From a virus (Duplodnaviria > Caudoviricetes), in IMG/VR virus record IMGVR_UViG_3300043432_000485, positions 128,001 through 192,000 of that record: a stretch of DNA of 64,000 nucleotides; one strand, written 5' to 3'. Shown in pieces: positions 9,687 through 19,782 of the stretch (positions are counted from its first letter, which is position 1; every line of letters starts with the position of its first letter). Below the pieces are notes generated by a model, which was not told where the DNA came from, did no database searches, and saw only the letters and a program-made list of their open reading frames with translations. The position numbers were made by a program, and so were the translations under genes.

Positions 9687-10469
9687 CTACTGAGTGGGTT
9701 TCACAAAGCCTTTCAAGCTGCGTTGGTAAGTGTTGGCCTCCGCGCCCTCCCCGCCTGGGGTATACCCGGCAAAGGGAGCCCTAGCGAACTTACCGTGAGG
9801 GTCAGGGGAGTTCCCATCGTCCGTGATCGCCATGTAGCGAGGGTCCGCGGTCAAGGTCTCTATGTTGCTGATCAAGGACTCCAACGAGCCCTCTGTGTCC
9901 GTGCTGGCCTTCAGAAGCTTTAGCTGAGAGATCTCGGCGTCCAGCTGCTCAGCATAGTCGACCGCCCTGCGAATTTTCCTCTCCAGATAGTCCCTACGCC
10001 GGTGCAGATCCGCGGCAAGCCAGCCTCGCATACGCTGCATGAGGATGGCGGATTCAGCGTCTGAGAGGCCCTCAACAGCTATCACCTCTCCGTTGGACAT
10101 CAGCTGAGCAGGTTTGGTCTCATCTCCAGAGATGCGAAACACCGGCTGATTGGTCTGACGAATCTGGAGGTCGAACTCTGCATCTCCGCCCAAGGCCTCA
10201 TAAGCCCCGAACAGCTTCCCAATATAGGTGGTCGGAGGATCACCTGTAAAATGAGTAGGTAACCCACCAGAATCATAGGCAAAGGACAGATCGCCAATTC
10301 GATCACGCTCGGCCTGCAAGTGCACGATGCGAGCGTCGATAAGTGCGACTTGCTCGCGGGCATAGTCTCGAAACCGAGCGAACTGGCTTGCGCTGAAAGT
10401 GCCAAGTATTTCGTGAGCCACTGAGCACCTCCCTTCACGGTTGAAGACGAAACCTACTACACAGCTCAA
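9687..10469 (-). CDS. Hypothetical helical protein (baseplate region)
   Basis: Probable GTG start at 10421 behind a GGGAGG RBS; coiled-coil-like segments; in the operon. Confidence 0.6.
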   Translation of the reverse strand: MSCVVGFVFNREGRCSVAHEILGTFSASQFARFRDYAREQVALIDARIVHLQAERDRIGDLSFAYDSGGLPTHFTGDPPTTYIGKLFGAYEALGGDAEFDLQIRQTNQPVFRISGDETKPAQLMSNGEVIAVEGLSDAESAILMQRMRGWLAADLHRRRDYLERKIRRAVDYAEQLDAEISQLKLLKASTDTEGSLESLISNIETLTADPRYMAITDDGNSPDPHGKFARAPFAGYTPGGEGAEANTYQRSLKGFVKPTQ

Positions 10470-10480
10470 CCATCGAACGA

Positions 10481-12679
10481 TTAGAAAAGTAGGCTGAAGG
10501 CTGTCTTGAACGGGGTGATGTCAGGAGCCACATACGCGAACGCCACACCCCCAGTGTACCCACCCGGGCCACTCGGAGGCTTGGTGCCTCCAGCGTTGTC
10601 GATCAGGGATACCCATGTGTTGACATCACCGTCGGTCTCCGGGACGCTCAAGATGAAGAACCCTAGGGACAGACTCTCGATGAAGTTGAGGATCGAGGTC
10701 AAATACTCCAGGAACCTTTCAAGGGTATCGATCTTCTGAACGATGAGGTCAATGAAAGCCTTCAGCTCAGTCATCACCCCCGAGTAGGCATCCAGTAGGG
10801 CTTGCATCTTGGCCAGCATGTCGTAGATGAGCTGACCTGACCACGGAGCTATGTCCCGTAGTACACTGACCTGGATCCAGTTGATGTCAGATCCCGTCAA
10901 TGTGAAGCCTTTGCAGAAATCCACAGCAGCCAGGACGTTGAGTCTCACCTGGGGATCAGAGAAGCACTTGCTGTACAGAACGCCAGCGGTTTGAACCGCA
11001 GCTTGTCCTGCTGCCTCAGGGTCCTGGACCTTCGTGATCTCGTAAACCAGCTCCTTCAGATTGGTTGCCGTCAACCCCGGGACCACCGGAACTCCCTTAG
11101 GGAAGGCACTCTCCATCAGGCCCTTGAAAGAGACGGCCGAGTTGGCTTGCAACATCGCAGATGCCACGATGTTAGATAGCCGGGCCGCGTTGTGCCGGAC
11201 CAAGGGCTCATCCCAAGGCGGAACCGGCAGCAAGTTGGTTGCCGGGTCTGGCTGGAATTGCGCAGTCACTGCAGTGAACCCAGAGACTGCGTCCCCTATC
11301 CTTGGGATTGCCTCGAAGGACGTTAGGGCTCCCGCTAGCTGCTCAAGGGAACTCTTCCCAATGTCCGTATTCTCAGCCGGGGAGATAGGGAGCCCAGTCA
11401 GAGAATCGAACTGGAACCCCTGAGTCAAGGGCAAGTGGAAGTTGAGCGAGAATGCAGTTTGAAAAATCCTTCGAAGAGTCTCTATGACATCGAACTGCTC
11501 CGGGTACGTCGGGATGGTCATCGCAGTGGTGGGGCTCGCTTTGCCCATTACGGGAGGATCCGCGGAATCGGTGCCCGGCCAATCTATGTACGGATTGGAG
11601 TCGATCACATCTAGCTTGGGAGCATCGAATGTCACCGACTTACCGGACACGGCAAGAGAGCCACTGAATGCCCTCACCCGATAGTAGTAGGTCTTGTTGG
11701 GTTGGACATCGGTGTCGATATACCGGAAGGTTCCCAGCTGTCCCAAGAGGAACGTGGCGGTTTGCTGGGAGGAGTCGATCACGATGTACTGCTGGAACTT
11801 GAGGAACGGATCTTGGTAGAAGTCCACCAGCTTCACGGTGCGCTGGATCAAGTCTCCTTTCCCACGCTCACGGAAATTGGTGGGAACAGACATTACCACT
11901 TGTCCAACTGCCTCAGGATCACCCAAGGCCGAAGCATCAATCTGACCTACCGCTGGATTGATCTCGCTCTTCTCAAGGAGGAACTTAGGCGGGATGAACC
12001 CAGTGGACGCTGCCTGAATGAGGTCCGAGAATCCAGGGTCCCCGGGACTTGATGCCGGAGGCAGGCTCCACTCCACCGCGATTGAGCTTGGCTGCTCCTG
12101 GAAGAGAGCGGTCAAAGCCAAGATCGGATCACCGGCGCCCGTGGGTGTGACCTTGATCGGCAAAACCTTGAAGTTGGCGGGAGCCGGATAGCGAGGGGTT
12201 GTGAACTCCTTGCCAAAGAAACGGAGAAGGACCTGGATGAGGTGAAGCAAAGCCGGCGGGCTCTCTGCGTCGGCTACGATGATGGTGAACCCACCCATGG
12301 CAGTGCCTGGGATTGGCTGCGGCCGATTGGGGTCTCTAGAGTCATATAGCCCAGCTTTGAAGCGGGTGATGAACGCGGGGAATCCACCAACGAATCGATT
12401 GAAGTTCGGGTCCACCAGCGGGTTGGGAACGTCAAACCAGCCATACACGCCGGTGCGATGCAGGGCCTCGAACAAGTCCAAGATGAGAGCCAGGAGAGCT
12501 TCAACCAACGCCTTGATCGGATTGCCAAAGTCTACCAAGAAGGTCTTGACCGTCTCCAGTACAGCCTTCGTGACCTCAAGGTAGACCATCAAGGTCTCCA
12601 TGACGTTGCGAGCCCCCTCCAACAGGTCCTCACCTGGGAGTTGGATCGCTAGAGCTTCCCAATTTGGATTTGCTGCCAT
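10481..12679 (-). CDS. Putative baseplate-associated structural protein
   Basis: 732-aa ORF with amphipathic helical termini and a central FN3-like segment (YIDTDVQPNKTYYYRVRAF); located among baseplate genes. Confidence 0.55.
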   Translation of the reverse strand: MAANPNWEALAIQLPGEDLLEGARNVMETLMVYLEVTKAVLETVKTFLVDFGNPIKALVEALLALILDLFEALHRTGVYGWFDVPNPLVDPNFNRFVGGFPAFITRFKAGLYDSRDPNRPQPIPGTAMGGFTIIVADAESPPALLHLIQVLLRFFGKEFTTPRYPAPANFKVLPIKVTPTGAGDPILALTALFQEQPSSIAVEWSLPPASSPGDPGFSDLIQAASTGFIPPKFLLEKSEINPAVGQIDASALGDPEAVGQVVMSVPTNFRERGKGDLIQRTVKLVDFYQDPFLKFQQYIVIDSSQQTATFLLGQLGTFRYIDTDVQPNKTYYYRVRAFSGSLAVSGKSVTFDAPKLDVIDSNPYIDWPGTDSADPPVMGKASPTTAMTIPTYPEQFDVIETLRRIFQTAFSLNFHLPLTQGFQFDSLTGLPISPAENTDIGKSSLEQLAGALTSFEAIPRIGDAVSGFTAVTAQFQPDPATNLLPVPPWDEPLVRHNAARLSNIVASAMLQANSAVSFKGLMESAFPKGVPVVPGLTATNLKELVYEITKVQDPEAAGQAAVQTAGVLYSKCFSDPQVRLNVLAAVDFCKGFTLTGSDINWIQVSVLRDIAPWSGQLIYDMLAKMQALLDAYSGVMTELKAFIDLIVQKIDTLERFLEYLTSILNFIESLSLGFFILSVPETDGDVNTWVSLIDNAGGTKPPSGPGGYTGGVAFAYVAPDITPFKTAFSLLF

Positions 12680-12684
12680 CTACA

Positions 12685-12861
12685 TCAGGCCCCGTACTGG
12701 AGCTTCCTCAACTTCCGGCGGAGAGCAGAGATTTCCGCCTCCGTGGACTTTACACCTAAACGGATCACTTCCTTCATCTTCTCGTTGATCGCAAACTCAC
12801 GCTTCTCCCATGCGGGGGGAGGGGTTGCGGGCTTCTCTTCTGGCTTGTCTTGGTCGGACAT
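12685..12861 (-). CDS. Small hypothetical protein (58 aa), not in the ORF track
   Basis: MSDQDKPEEKPATPPPAWEKREFAINEKMKEVIRLGVKSTEAEISALRRKLRKLQYGA; GGAG RBS; exactly fills the gap between two operon genes. Confidence 0.65.
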   Translation of the reverse strand: MSDQDKPEEKPATPPPAWEKREFAINEKMKEVIRLGVKSTEAEISALRRKLRKLQYGA

Positions 12862-12862
12862 C

Positions 12863-15800
12863 CTAGCTCCCTTCCACTGCTAGTAGTTTCAACAGTTGGT
12901 TGTAGTTGTTGGTCTGGGCCTTGATGCGATTCGTCACCGCGGTTGTCTGCTGAACCACCAAGCCGCTCTCCAGATTGACCCGAGCGTCTATCCAGACGTA
13001 CCGTTTGTCATAGAGCTTGTCAGTGTTAGCCAAGATGTCCTGTACCTGAAGGGTGATCCCTGAGATAGCCGAGATACGGGAGGTGACCGCTGATGCCCTG
13101 GCATTCAAGTCCGTGGTCAAGGTAGCGCGTGCGAAAGCCCCAGGGTCCCCTGAGACAACCACAGGGGTGGTGATCAATGTGTTGAATGAAACTGCAGCTG
13201 CCAGCAAAGCGGCCACGGCCTGGTATAGAGAGAACAAGGCGGTGGCGGTGGCGGGGGCGACACCGAATAGGGACACCACTCGATACGCCACGCCCAAAGC
13301 CGAGAATGGGATCGCAGACGTCAAGGTGAGCTGTGTCTCGGAGTCCACGCTCTGAATCGCATAGATCCCAGCGTCCACCCCGGTCTTGATGTACACGAAG
13401 TCTGAAGGCGTGACCTTCGAGGTCACGAAGGTCGCTGCGGGATCCGTGAATGTCACTGACGCGCTCAAGTTGGTCGTGGTGGTGCCAACAGATGGGAACA
13501 CGTTGGTGAACACTTGGTCCAACGTGTCGGACAGGGTTGTCTGCTCAGCCGCGTACAGAGGAATCTCTCCAGCCAAAGCCGAGACGAGGGATGTCATGTA
13601 GTCGTTAGGAGTTCCACCATAGGTAGCCAGGGAGTTGTCCACCCGATACGAGTGCAATGTCATGTTGATCGAGGTAGCCGGAGTCACCGTGACCGTAGTT
13701 GCTGTGAAGGAGGAGATCTGACGGCGCTCACCCGTGTCAAAAGTGATGGTCCATCCAACCTGCACCCCGCTGAATGGGGAGACCCCAAACCCAACGATTG
13801 TAGTGAGAGTTGTGCCAGCTATCACGGAACCACTGATGGTGGTGCTGCTAACCGCTACCTCATACGTGAAGGGACTCGGGTCGAAAGTGAATGGCACCGA
13901 TACGGTCACGGTGCTGGCCCCCGCCCCGGAAGCTATGCGGAAGGATGAGCCGGCATTGACTCCGGACAGTATCCGAATCAGGTCGAAAGTCTGGGGAACA
14001 GGAGCCGGGAATGGTCCACCCGAGTCAGTGATGATTGTCCCCGCCAAATTCATGGTGCCAGTCGACACAAACGTCGGAGTAGTTGACGTCCGGATCAACC
14101 CAGAAGGACTGCTGATCAGCTGGTTCTCCGTGTAGAGATACCCGTTCTGTTCACAGTTTGGGTCTGGATTCTGGATGGGGAAGCTAAGGTCCCCGTCATC
14201 ATCCGAGATGCCTCCATACAGGGCTGGGAACTTGAACGGGGCGGTCAGAGTGTTGACCTGAGTCAGCTGGCCAGAGAGAGCTTCTTGGTTCGTCAGCGGA
14301 GTGGTGGACGGCGGGCTGACTATGAACGTCAGTTGCCCGGTCTCACCATGGAACGAGTAATCCAGTCCGAACACATGGTTTTTAACCCCGGCATCAGTTG
14401 GATCTTGATAGACAGTTGCACCCACCAAAGCGGTGCCTGTCAAAGGTGCGCTCAGAGACAACTGAGTCGAACTATCCACGGTAGCTGTAGTGCCTGGGGA
14501 AGACACTATGGAACCATCCTGGTTCTGAACAATGACCTTCATGCCAGTGGTGAAGAGAGGACGCAAGAACGAGCTGGAGCCGGAGGTGTTGTCAACCTTG
14601 AGGATGGAGGACCCAGATGTCAGGCTCGACTCCGTGACGATTGCCCACGCTTGCCTGGTGTGAAGGTTTGAGACGCCCGTGACATTCGTAGACCCGGTAT
14701 CGGCCACCTCATCCCCCGTATGCGGGGTGCCAGACAAGATGGTGGCCCCAAAGAAGTTGCGAGCAGTCGGATAAAGCCTGCTCAGGGGGCTTGCCACATA
14801 GTACTTCCGGTACGTCCCAATGGAAGTAGCAACGAAGGGAGGCCCTGTGAACGTATATGGGGCGTTCGAGATCTTGATCAGGTCGTCAATTTGGTTTCCG
14901 ACTGGAGGGGCTACGTTTCCAAGCACCCCATCGAACAAGAATGGACCATCGTTGTTGCCCACTACAGTGCCATCAAGTTCTCGCCGGTACTGCTCCAGCA
15001 GATTGATGGTGTCGTTGTAAAAGAGCAGGCTGGAGCGCGCCACTATGTCCTGGTTCGCTAGATGCCGCTCTGTGAAATACAAAGACTCCCTGCCCTGGTT
15101 GAACAGCTTAGGCTGAGAAGCGTTAGAAGTCTGAGGTCCGGATGAACCGCTACTGGCCGAGCTTGCGATCTCTGCCGCGTACTCCCCTCGAAAGTTGGTC
15201 ATAGTCTCGACACGGTAGAAGAAGGTGTCTGGGGACTTGATCGAGTAATCGGCAAGCAATGTCTGACCAAGCAATCCGTTAAGAGAGCTTGGGGTGACCT
15301 GGCAGGTATACGAAGAACGCAGTCTGACCCCGGCTTGAGCCACCACCCTCCCCGTGTAGAAGATCCCAAACTCCTCGTTTGGCCCAAGGGGTGTGGAGAA
15401 CACGATCCTACCCGTGTCATCAATCTTGTAGTCCGTTGGGGACGACAGAATCACCCCAAGCGCTCCTGCGACCCTCCTGTACACGACATAGGGCTGGGTC
15501 AGAACCGGAAGCCTGGAAGTGGTGACCTCCACAGTCGGGGGCTCGAAGATTGGGCGCAAAGAGTAGCTGAGGAACTGAGCTGGCAGTTGGTACTGACGAG
15601 GGGCCTTGGCAAGTAGCATCACCTTGGTGCGATCCGCGGCTGAATCGTACTCAGCTCCGGACACCTCCAACAGATCGGTGAATGTCGGACCGGCGTCCTG
15701 GAACAACACCACGGTGCCGGGTTTGTAGACTTTGCTCTTGTCCCCCGCCACGAAGAACGTGTTGCTGCCCCGGGCCACCGCCTCATAGGCCGCCATCTCT

Positions 15801-18709
15801 GGTGCAAAGTAAGTGGCGAGAGGAGTGACCCCCGAAGAGACGTAAACCTTGGGGGTCAGGAAGGAGTCCTGAAAGACTTGAGAGCCGGCAAGGGTGACGG
15901 TGGTCTGGTTGGATCCAACGTCAAAGGTTGAGCTTCCAATGAGGTAGACCTGCTCGTTCTCGATACGGAGCAGCAAGTCAGGCTGGAACACTGCGGTCTG
16001 ATCCCCGTATACCACGAACTGGTTGTTGGGGTTCCCATCCACGTCTGAGTCGCTGATGTTCACAGCTACAGAGAGCATGGGAGGCTGCAGAACCGTGAAA
16101 GTGTTCTCTCCTCCGACTGCCTTGGTGACGTAGTAATCGATGTAGACACGTTCGGAGGGTCCAATGGTGGCTCCGTGTGGAAGGGCATTCGTGATTTGCG
16201 AATCGGGCAAGAAGGTGATCGTGGAGCTAGCGGGGTCCACCACACACTGAGTGCCCAGCTTCTGAGGGCGACCACCGCGGAACACTGCCGGAGACGGGTT
16301 TGCCACTACCGGCAACCCGTCCACGTTGAAGTTCAGGGTTGATGTCGGGACAGGATGATCTTGGGTGATTTCCTTTCGGATCAGGAAGCTTGCCGCTTCT
16401 GTGATCGGAGCCCCTGGTAGAGTTGGGGGTGTGGTCGAAGGAGGAGCCACCGTATAGGTGATTCTGGCCTCTTCCCCAGAGAGCATGCGATCCGTTAGCT
16501 GAACCAACCCGAGCTGTGGCTGAATCACGTAGTCGACCTTAGGGGTCAAGACGCGCGCCCAGTAGACGTCCACCCCAAGGTCCGCGGCTACAAAGTTCAG
16601 CTCCCCAGTGGACGACTTGATCTGAACGGTCCCAGCCGGAGGGGAAGTGAAGCTTCCAACCACTACTGTGGTGGCAAACTGGGTGTCCCCCAGCCTGAAC
16701 CCCGAGCTGTTCACGTACGCGAGAGGGACGCTGAGGCGCGGAGAGTTGGAGGCCACCCCGAGTAGACGAATCCTCTCCACCTGAGTGGATGGGTCCAACA
16801 GAACCACCTCATCGAAGTAGCGATCAGCCAGTATCTCACTAGCTGAGTAGATCGTGTAATGAGCGGCTGGTTCTGTCAGCGGCGCTGGGGAGATTGGAAC
16901 AGTATCAAAGCTCGGACCAGCCGAAACCGTGTACACTCCTTTGGCCGGAGTATCCTGGATCACCACCAGATAGTCTGGCTGAACCCCATCCACCAAGAAT
17001 TGGGCTGTAGGGTCCGACAGCTCCGATAGCACGTTGCTCAAAGAGCCGATGCCTTGGGCCAAGGGCGCCGTGGTGGAGGTCAGGGATACGGCCCCAGAAG
17101 CGGCGTCCACAATCGCGTCTTGCCCAAGCACCAACGGCGTATAGACATTGGAGCCCGGAGCTGTCTCCATCTCCAACACCAAGTTCCCCGTCAAAAGCAG
17201 CGGATCAGGGAGCACCACATCAGTGGCGGGGAGCTGGATAAGGGTGAGCTGCTGATACTTCTGCTGAGCGAAGAACAGAGCCCCCGCGTCAAAGTCAATG
17301 TAGTACCCAAATCTTCCCGATGTCACGGGACCATCGAGGCGAGGGAAGTTGTCACTGGTTAGGGTGCCCTGGCCCTGAACCACCTTAACGGTCAAGGGGT
17401 ACGCAGGGTCATCAATCGGGATCGAAGGCAAGAAGACTTGAGGGGATTGGATGATGGGATCCGCCCACGTGGCTCCGACAACCGTGTAGAACTCCGTTAC
17501 GTCTTTCACGTCAGAGAGCGCCGCGTCAAGGTTTACTGGCGTGCGCAATAGGCGCACTGAAATACCGCGTTCGATCAGCAAGTCCCCAAACGTTACGAAA
17601 ACGATCTTCCCCGCATACTTGGTCTGATCCGCGGAAGAGAACTGGACGGCCCCTGTGCCTGGATTCACCTGGACCACCCCAGATTGTCCAGGTGATGAGA
17701 AGGCAGTCGTGTATGTGAACTGAGGGAACTGATAGTAGGGGTTAGCCGACGGCACAGAGAAGATCAGATCCGCCCCAATCGAAGGCAGTCCCACGATAGC
17801 GCTGGGGGAACCGATCAACCCCAAGGGCTGGGATGGCAGTGAGAGCCCAGTAGCGAACAACACTCCATCATAGTAAACGGGCAGCCCAGCAGCGGCGTCC
17901 GTTGGATTGAAGTTGAGACGGCCGGTGGTCAGTGCCCACTGAACGGTCCCGCTTGGAGGCACGGTAAAGGCGCCCTCGGTAGCCACCTCCACGGTCTGTA
18001 GATACAGCCCATACCCAAACCTCAACAGAGGGAACTGTCCCGTTCCGGGTTTGGGGCTCAGAATCAGAACTGGGTCCCCCACCAGCAACGGGGGTATGCC
18101 TAGGCGGCCGGTGGATTCCTTGGAGTCGAAAAACTGCTGTTGCTGAAAACGTACGAGCTGCCCTGAATAGGTAGTCAGGTCCCCCGTGTTCCAGTTCAAG
18201 TTGCCAGTATCGAGAGACAGTTGAACTGTGCCAGGTGCTGGAAGTGTGAATCCCAGGTCGTTAGCAACTACCGCGATGGGGAATGTGGTGCCGCTTCCAG
18301 TGGCACCCACAGAAATCCTGTAGGGAGCATCTGGGACCGGTGCCGCTTGCACTGGGGGGCGCACCTTCAGTCGAGTGGTGTTCGAGTTGCTGTCAAGCGT
18401 CCCAACTTGCGCGGGAGCAGACCCCGGCAATGGCTTGAAACTTCCAGCCGCGGCGGCATACCCAAAACGATCCACGATCTCGTTCTTGGTCCATCCGAAG
18501 TTGGCGGACGTGAGCAACCCCGGGCGCGGGGCTCCTTCCCCCGTCACCATCACCAGGTATTCGGTCCGCGGTTGGTCCTCCGCCGATGGGTACGCGGCAT
18601 CAAAGGCGATCGCATCGGACACCAAATTGTCCGGCGTCTGGGTGAAAGGGGAGTTGGATTGCCCCACCCTGATCGACTCAAGCACATATCCGCTGATCTT
18701 GAAGCTCAT
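12863..18709 (-). CDS. Very large (1948 aa) baseplate/tail structural protein with repeated beta modules
   Basis: About 10 copies of a GTVQ...TGxLNF / YxIDxxxGxIxF module; Thr/Ser/Gly-rich; downstream of the spike gene. Confidence 0.65.
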   Translation of the reverse strand: MSFKISGYVLESIRVGQSNSPFTQTPDNLVSDAIAFDAAYPSAEDQPRTEYLVMVTGEGAPRPGLLTSANFGWTKNEIVDRFGYAAAAGSFKPLPGSAPAQVGTLDSNSNTTRLKVRPPVQAAPVPDAPYRISVGATGSGTTFPIAVVANDLGFTLPAPGTVQLSLDTGNLNWNTGDLTTYSGQLVRFQQQQFFDSKESTGRLGIPPLLVGDPVLILSPKPGTGQFPLLRFGYGLYLQTVEVATEGAFTVPPSGTVQWALTTGRLNFNPTDAAAGLPVYYDGVLFATGLSLPSQPLGLIGSPSAIVGLPSIGADLIFSVPSANPYYQFPQFTYTTAFSSPGQSGVVQVNPGTGAVQFSSADQTKYAGKIVFVTFGDLLIERGISVRLLRTPVNLDAALSDVKDVTEFYTVVGATWADPIIQSPQVFLPSIPIDDPAYPLTVKVVQGQGTLTSDNFPRLDGPVTSGRFGYYIDFDAGALFFAQQKYQQLTLIQLPATDVVLPDPLLLTGNLVLEMETAPGSNVYTPLVLGQDAIVDAASGAVSLTSTTAPLAQGIGSLSNVLSELSDPTAQFLVDGVQPDYLVVIQDTPAKGVYTVSAGPSFDTVPISPAPLTEPAAHYTIYSASEILADRYFDEVVLLDPSTQVERIRLLGVASNSPRLSVPLAYVNSSGFRLGDTQFATTVVVGSFTSPPAGTVQIKSSTGELNFVAADLGVDVYWARVLTPKVDYVIQPQLGLVQLTDRMLSGEEARITYTVAPPSTTPPTLPGAPITEAASFLIRKEITQDHPVPTSTLNFNVDGLPVVANPSPAVFRGGRPQKLGTQCVVDPASSTITFLPDSQITNALPHGATIGPSERVYIDYYVTKAVGGENTFTVLQPPMLSVAVNISDSDVDGNPNNQFVVYGDQTAVFQPDLLLRIENEQVYLIGSSTFDVGSNQTTVTLAGSQVFQDSFLTPKVYVSSGVTPLATYFAPEMAAYEAVARGSNTFFVAGDKSKVYKPGTVVLFQDAGPTFTDLLEVSGAEYDSAADRTKVMLLAKAPRQYQLPAQFLSYSLRPIFEPPTVEVTTSRLPVLTQPYVVYRRVAGALGVILSSPTDYKIDDTGRIVFSTPLGPNEEFGIFYTGRVVAQAGVRLRSSYTCQVTPSSLNGLLGQTLLADYSIKSPDTFFYRVETMTNFRGEYAAEIASSASSGSSGPQTSNASQPKLFNQGRESLYFTERHLANQDIVARSSLLFYNDTINLLEQYRRELDGTVVGNNDGPFLFDGVLGNVAPPVGNQIDDLIKISNAPYTFTGPPFVATSIGTYRKYYVASPLSRLYPTARNFFGATILSGTPHTGDEVADTGSTNVTGVSNLHTRQAWAIVTESSLTSGSSILKVDNTSGSSSFLRPLFTTGMKVIVQNQDGSIVSSPGTTATVDSSTQLSLSAPLTGTALVGATVYQDPTDAGVKNHVFGLDYSFHGETGQLTFIVSPPSTTPLTNQEALSGQLTQVNTLTAPFKFPALYGGISDDDGDLSFPIQNPDPNCEQNGYLYTENQLISSPSGLIRTSTTPTFVSTGTMNLAGTIITDSGGPFPAPVPQTFDLIRILSGVNAGSSFRIASGAGASTVTVSVPFTFDPSPFTYEVAVSSTTISGSVIAGTTLTTIVGFGVSPFSGVQVGWTITFDTGERRQISSFTATTVTVTPATSINMTLHSYRVDNSLATYGGTPNDYMTSLVSALAGEIPLYAAEQTTLSDTLDQVFTNVFPSVGTTTTNLSASVTFTDPAATFVTSKVTPSDFVYIKTGVDAGIYAIQSVDSETQLTLTSAIPFSALGVAYRVVSLFGVAPATATALFSLYQAVAALLAAAVSFNTLITTPVVVSGDPGAFARATLTTDLNARASAVTSRISAISGITLQVQDILANTDKLYDKRYVWIDARVNLESGLVVQQTTAVTNRIKAQTNNYNQLLKLLAVEGS

Positions 18710-19291
18710 CTAGATTACCGTCCCGAACCCGACACCGGAGCTGCCCACAATAGAAGGGGTCCCAACAATGGGAATGCCAGGCTGCACGAATGAAGCGAAA
18801 ACCATGTCCAAGGCTGTGCCGATGGCTTGGGCCATCTTGGTTGGCCCAATGCCAGTCATCCCCACCGCAGAGAAACCAGCCAACATGGCCGGCACCGCCG
18901 TGGGTCCAGTGATACGAGCTACACCTGCGCCGACGCCAACGGTGGGGTGATTGGTCTGCAAAAGAGCAAGAGCGAGCCACCCCGTGCACAAACCCGTCGT
19001 CAAGCCCTGAATGAACAGCGGCGCAAGGGTTCCAAGGATGCCCACAGACACGAAACCGGTAACTAAAGAGGATTGCACCAAGGGATTGGGCACGATCAAT
19101 GGGATGATGCCCGTCCCTACCCCAAGAGTCCCAGCGTCCACCGTGGTCACCTTGGATTCTATGGTCAAAAACTGACACACCCCCATCGAAAGACCGAGGG
19201 CAAACTTGGGCACACCAGTCCCTAGATTCCCTGTGGAGATCAGGTTGGGGGTGATGAACCCGGCAGCCAGAGCTGGAGGATTCAATGGCAT
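18710..19291 (-). CDS. Gly-rich hypothetical protein next to the spike (possible spike-tip/baseplate component)
   Basis: Position just downstream of the spike and its endonuclease; small hydrophobic Gly/Ala-rich sequence. Confidence 0.45.
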   Translation of the reverse strand: MPLNPPALAAGFITPNLISTGNLGTGVPKFALGLSMGVCQFLTIESKVTTVDAGTLGVGTGIIPLIVPNPLVQSSLVTGFVSVGILGTLAPLFIQGLTTGLCTGWLALALLQTNHPTVGVGAGVARITGPTAVPAMLAGFSAVGMTGIGPTKMAQAIGTALDMVFASFVQPGIPIVGTPSIVGSSGVGFGTVI

Positions 19292-19782
19292 CGCCCCTCC
19301 TTCAGGTAGTTTGCCAGCCGAATGAATACTTCCGGGTCAGTGCAATCCTGCTTGATCGTGTTAGCAAGATGGCTGATTACCGCAATGTTACCTGGAACGT
19401 ACCCGAGGGCTGGAATGATGCGATCCAGTGTCATGGATGTGGGTCCAACCTTCCTTACCCCACGTTTAAAAGGCACCAAGGTGATCGGGCAGCACCCGTC
19501 TAAAGGTATGACCTTGCGGATGTCCTCGGCAGTTATACCCCACGGAAGGTTCTCTTTTCTCGCCCTTTGCTTTGCACACTTCAAGAGTAGGATCTCTGGA
19601 TTTGCTATGTAATATTCGCGCTCTTTGTTTCGGACCTGCTCCAGATGTTCCTTGCGATACTGTTTGGCATCAGCACGGAATTTGTCGGAATGATCAGCGT
19701 AGTATTTAGTATTGTAGGCTCGTCTACTCTGACGATGAGCGTCCAACTCTTCTACGGACATGGAGGATACTGGTTTAGTCAT
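19282..19782 (-). CDS. His-Me finger (HNH-like) putative homing endonuclease
   Basis: CPITLVPF...TLDRIIPALGYVPGNIAVISHLANTIK motif; ATGA overlap with the spike stop. Confidence 0.75.
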   Translation of the reverse strand: MTKPVSSMSVEELDAHRQSRRAYNTKYYADHSDKFRADAKQYRKEHLEQVRNKEREYYIANPEILLLKCAKQRARKENLPWGITAEDIRKVIPLDGCCPITLVPFKRGVRKVGPTSMTLDRIIPALGYVPGNIAVISHLANTIKQDCTDPEVFIRLANYLKEGRCH

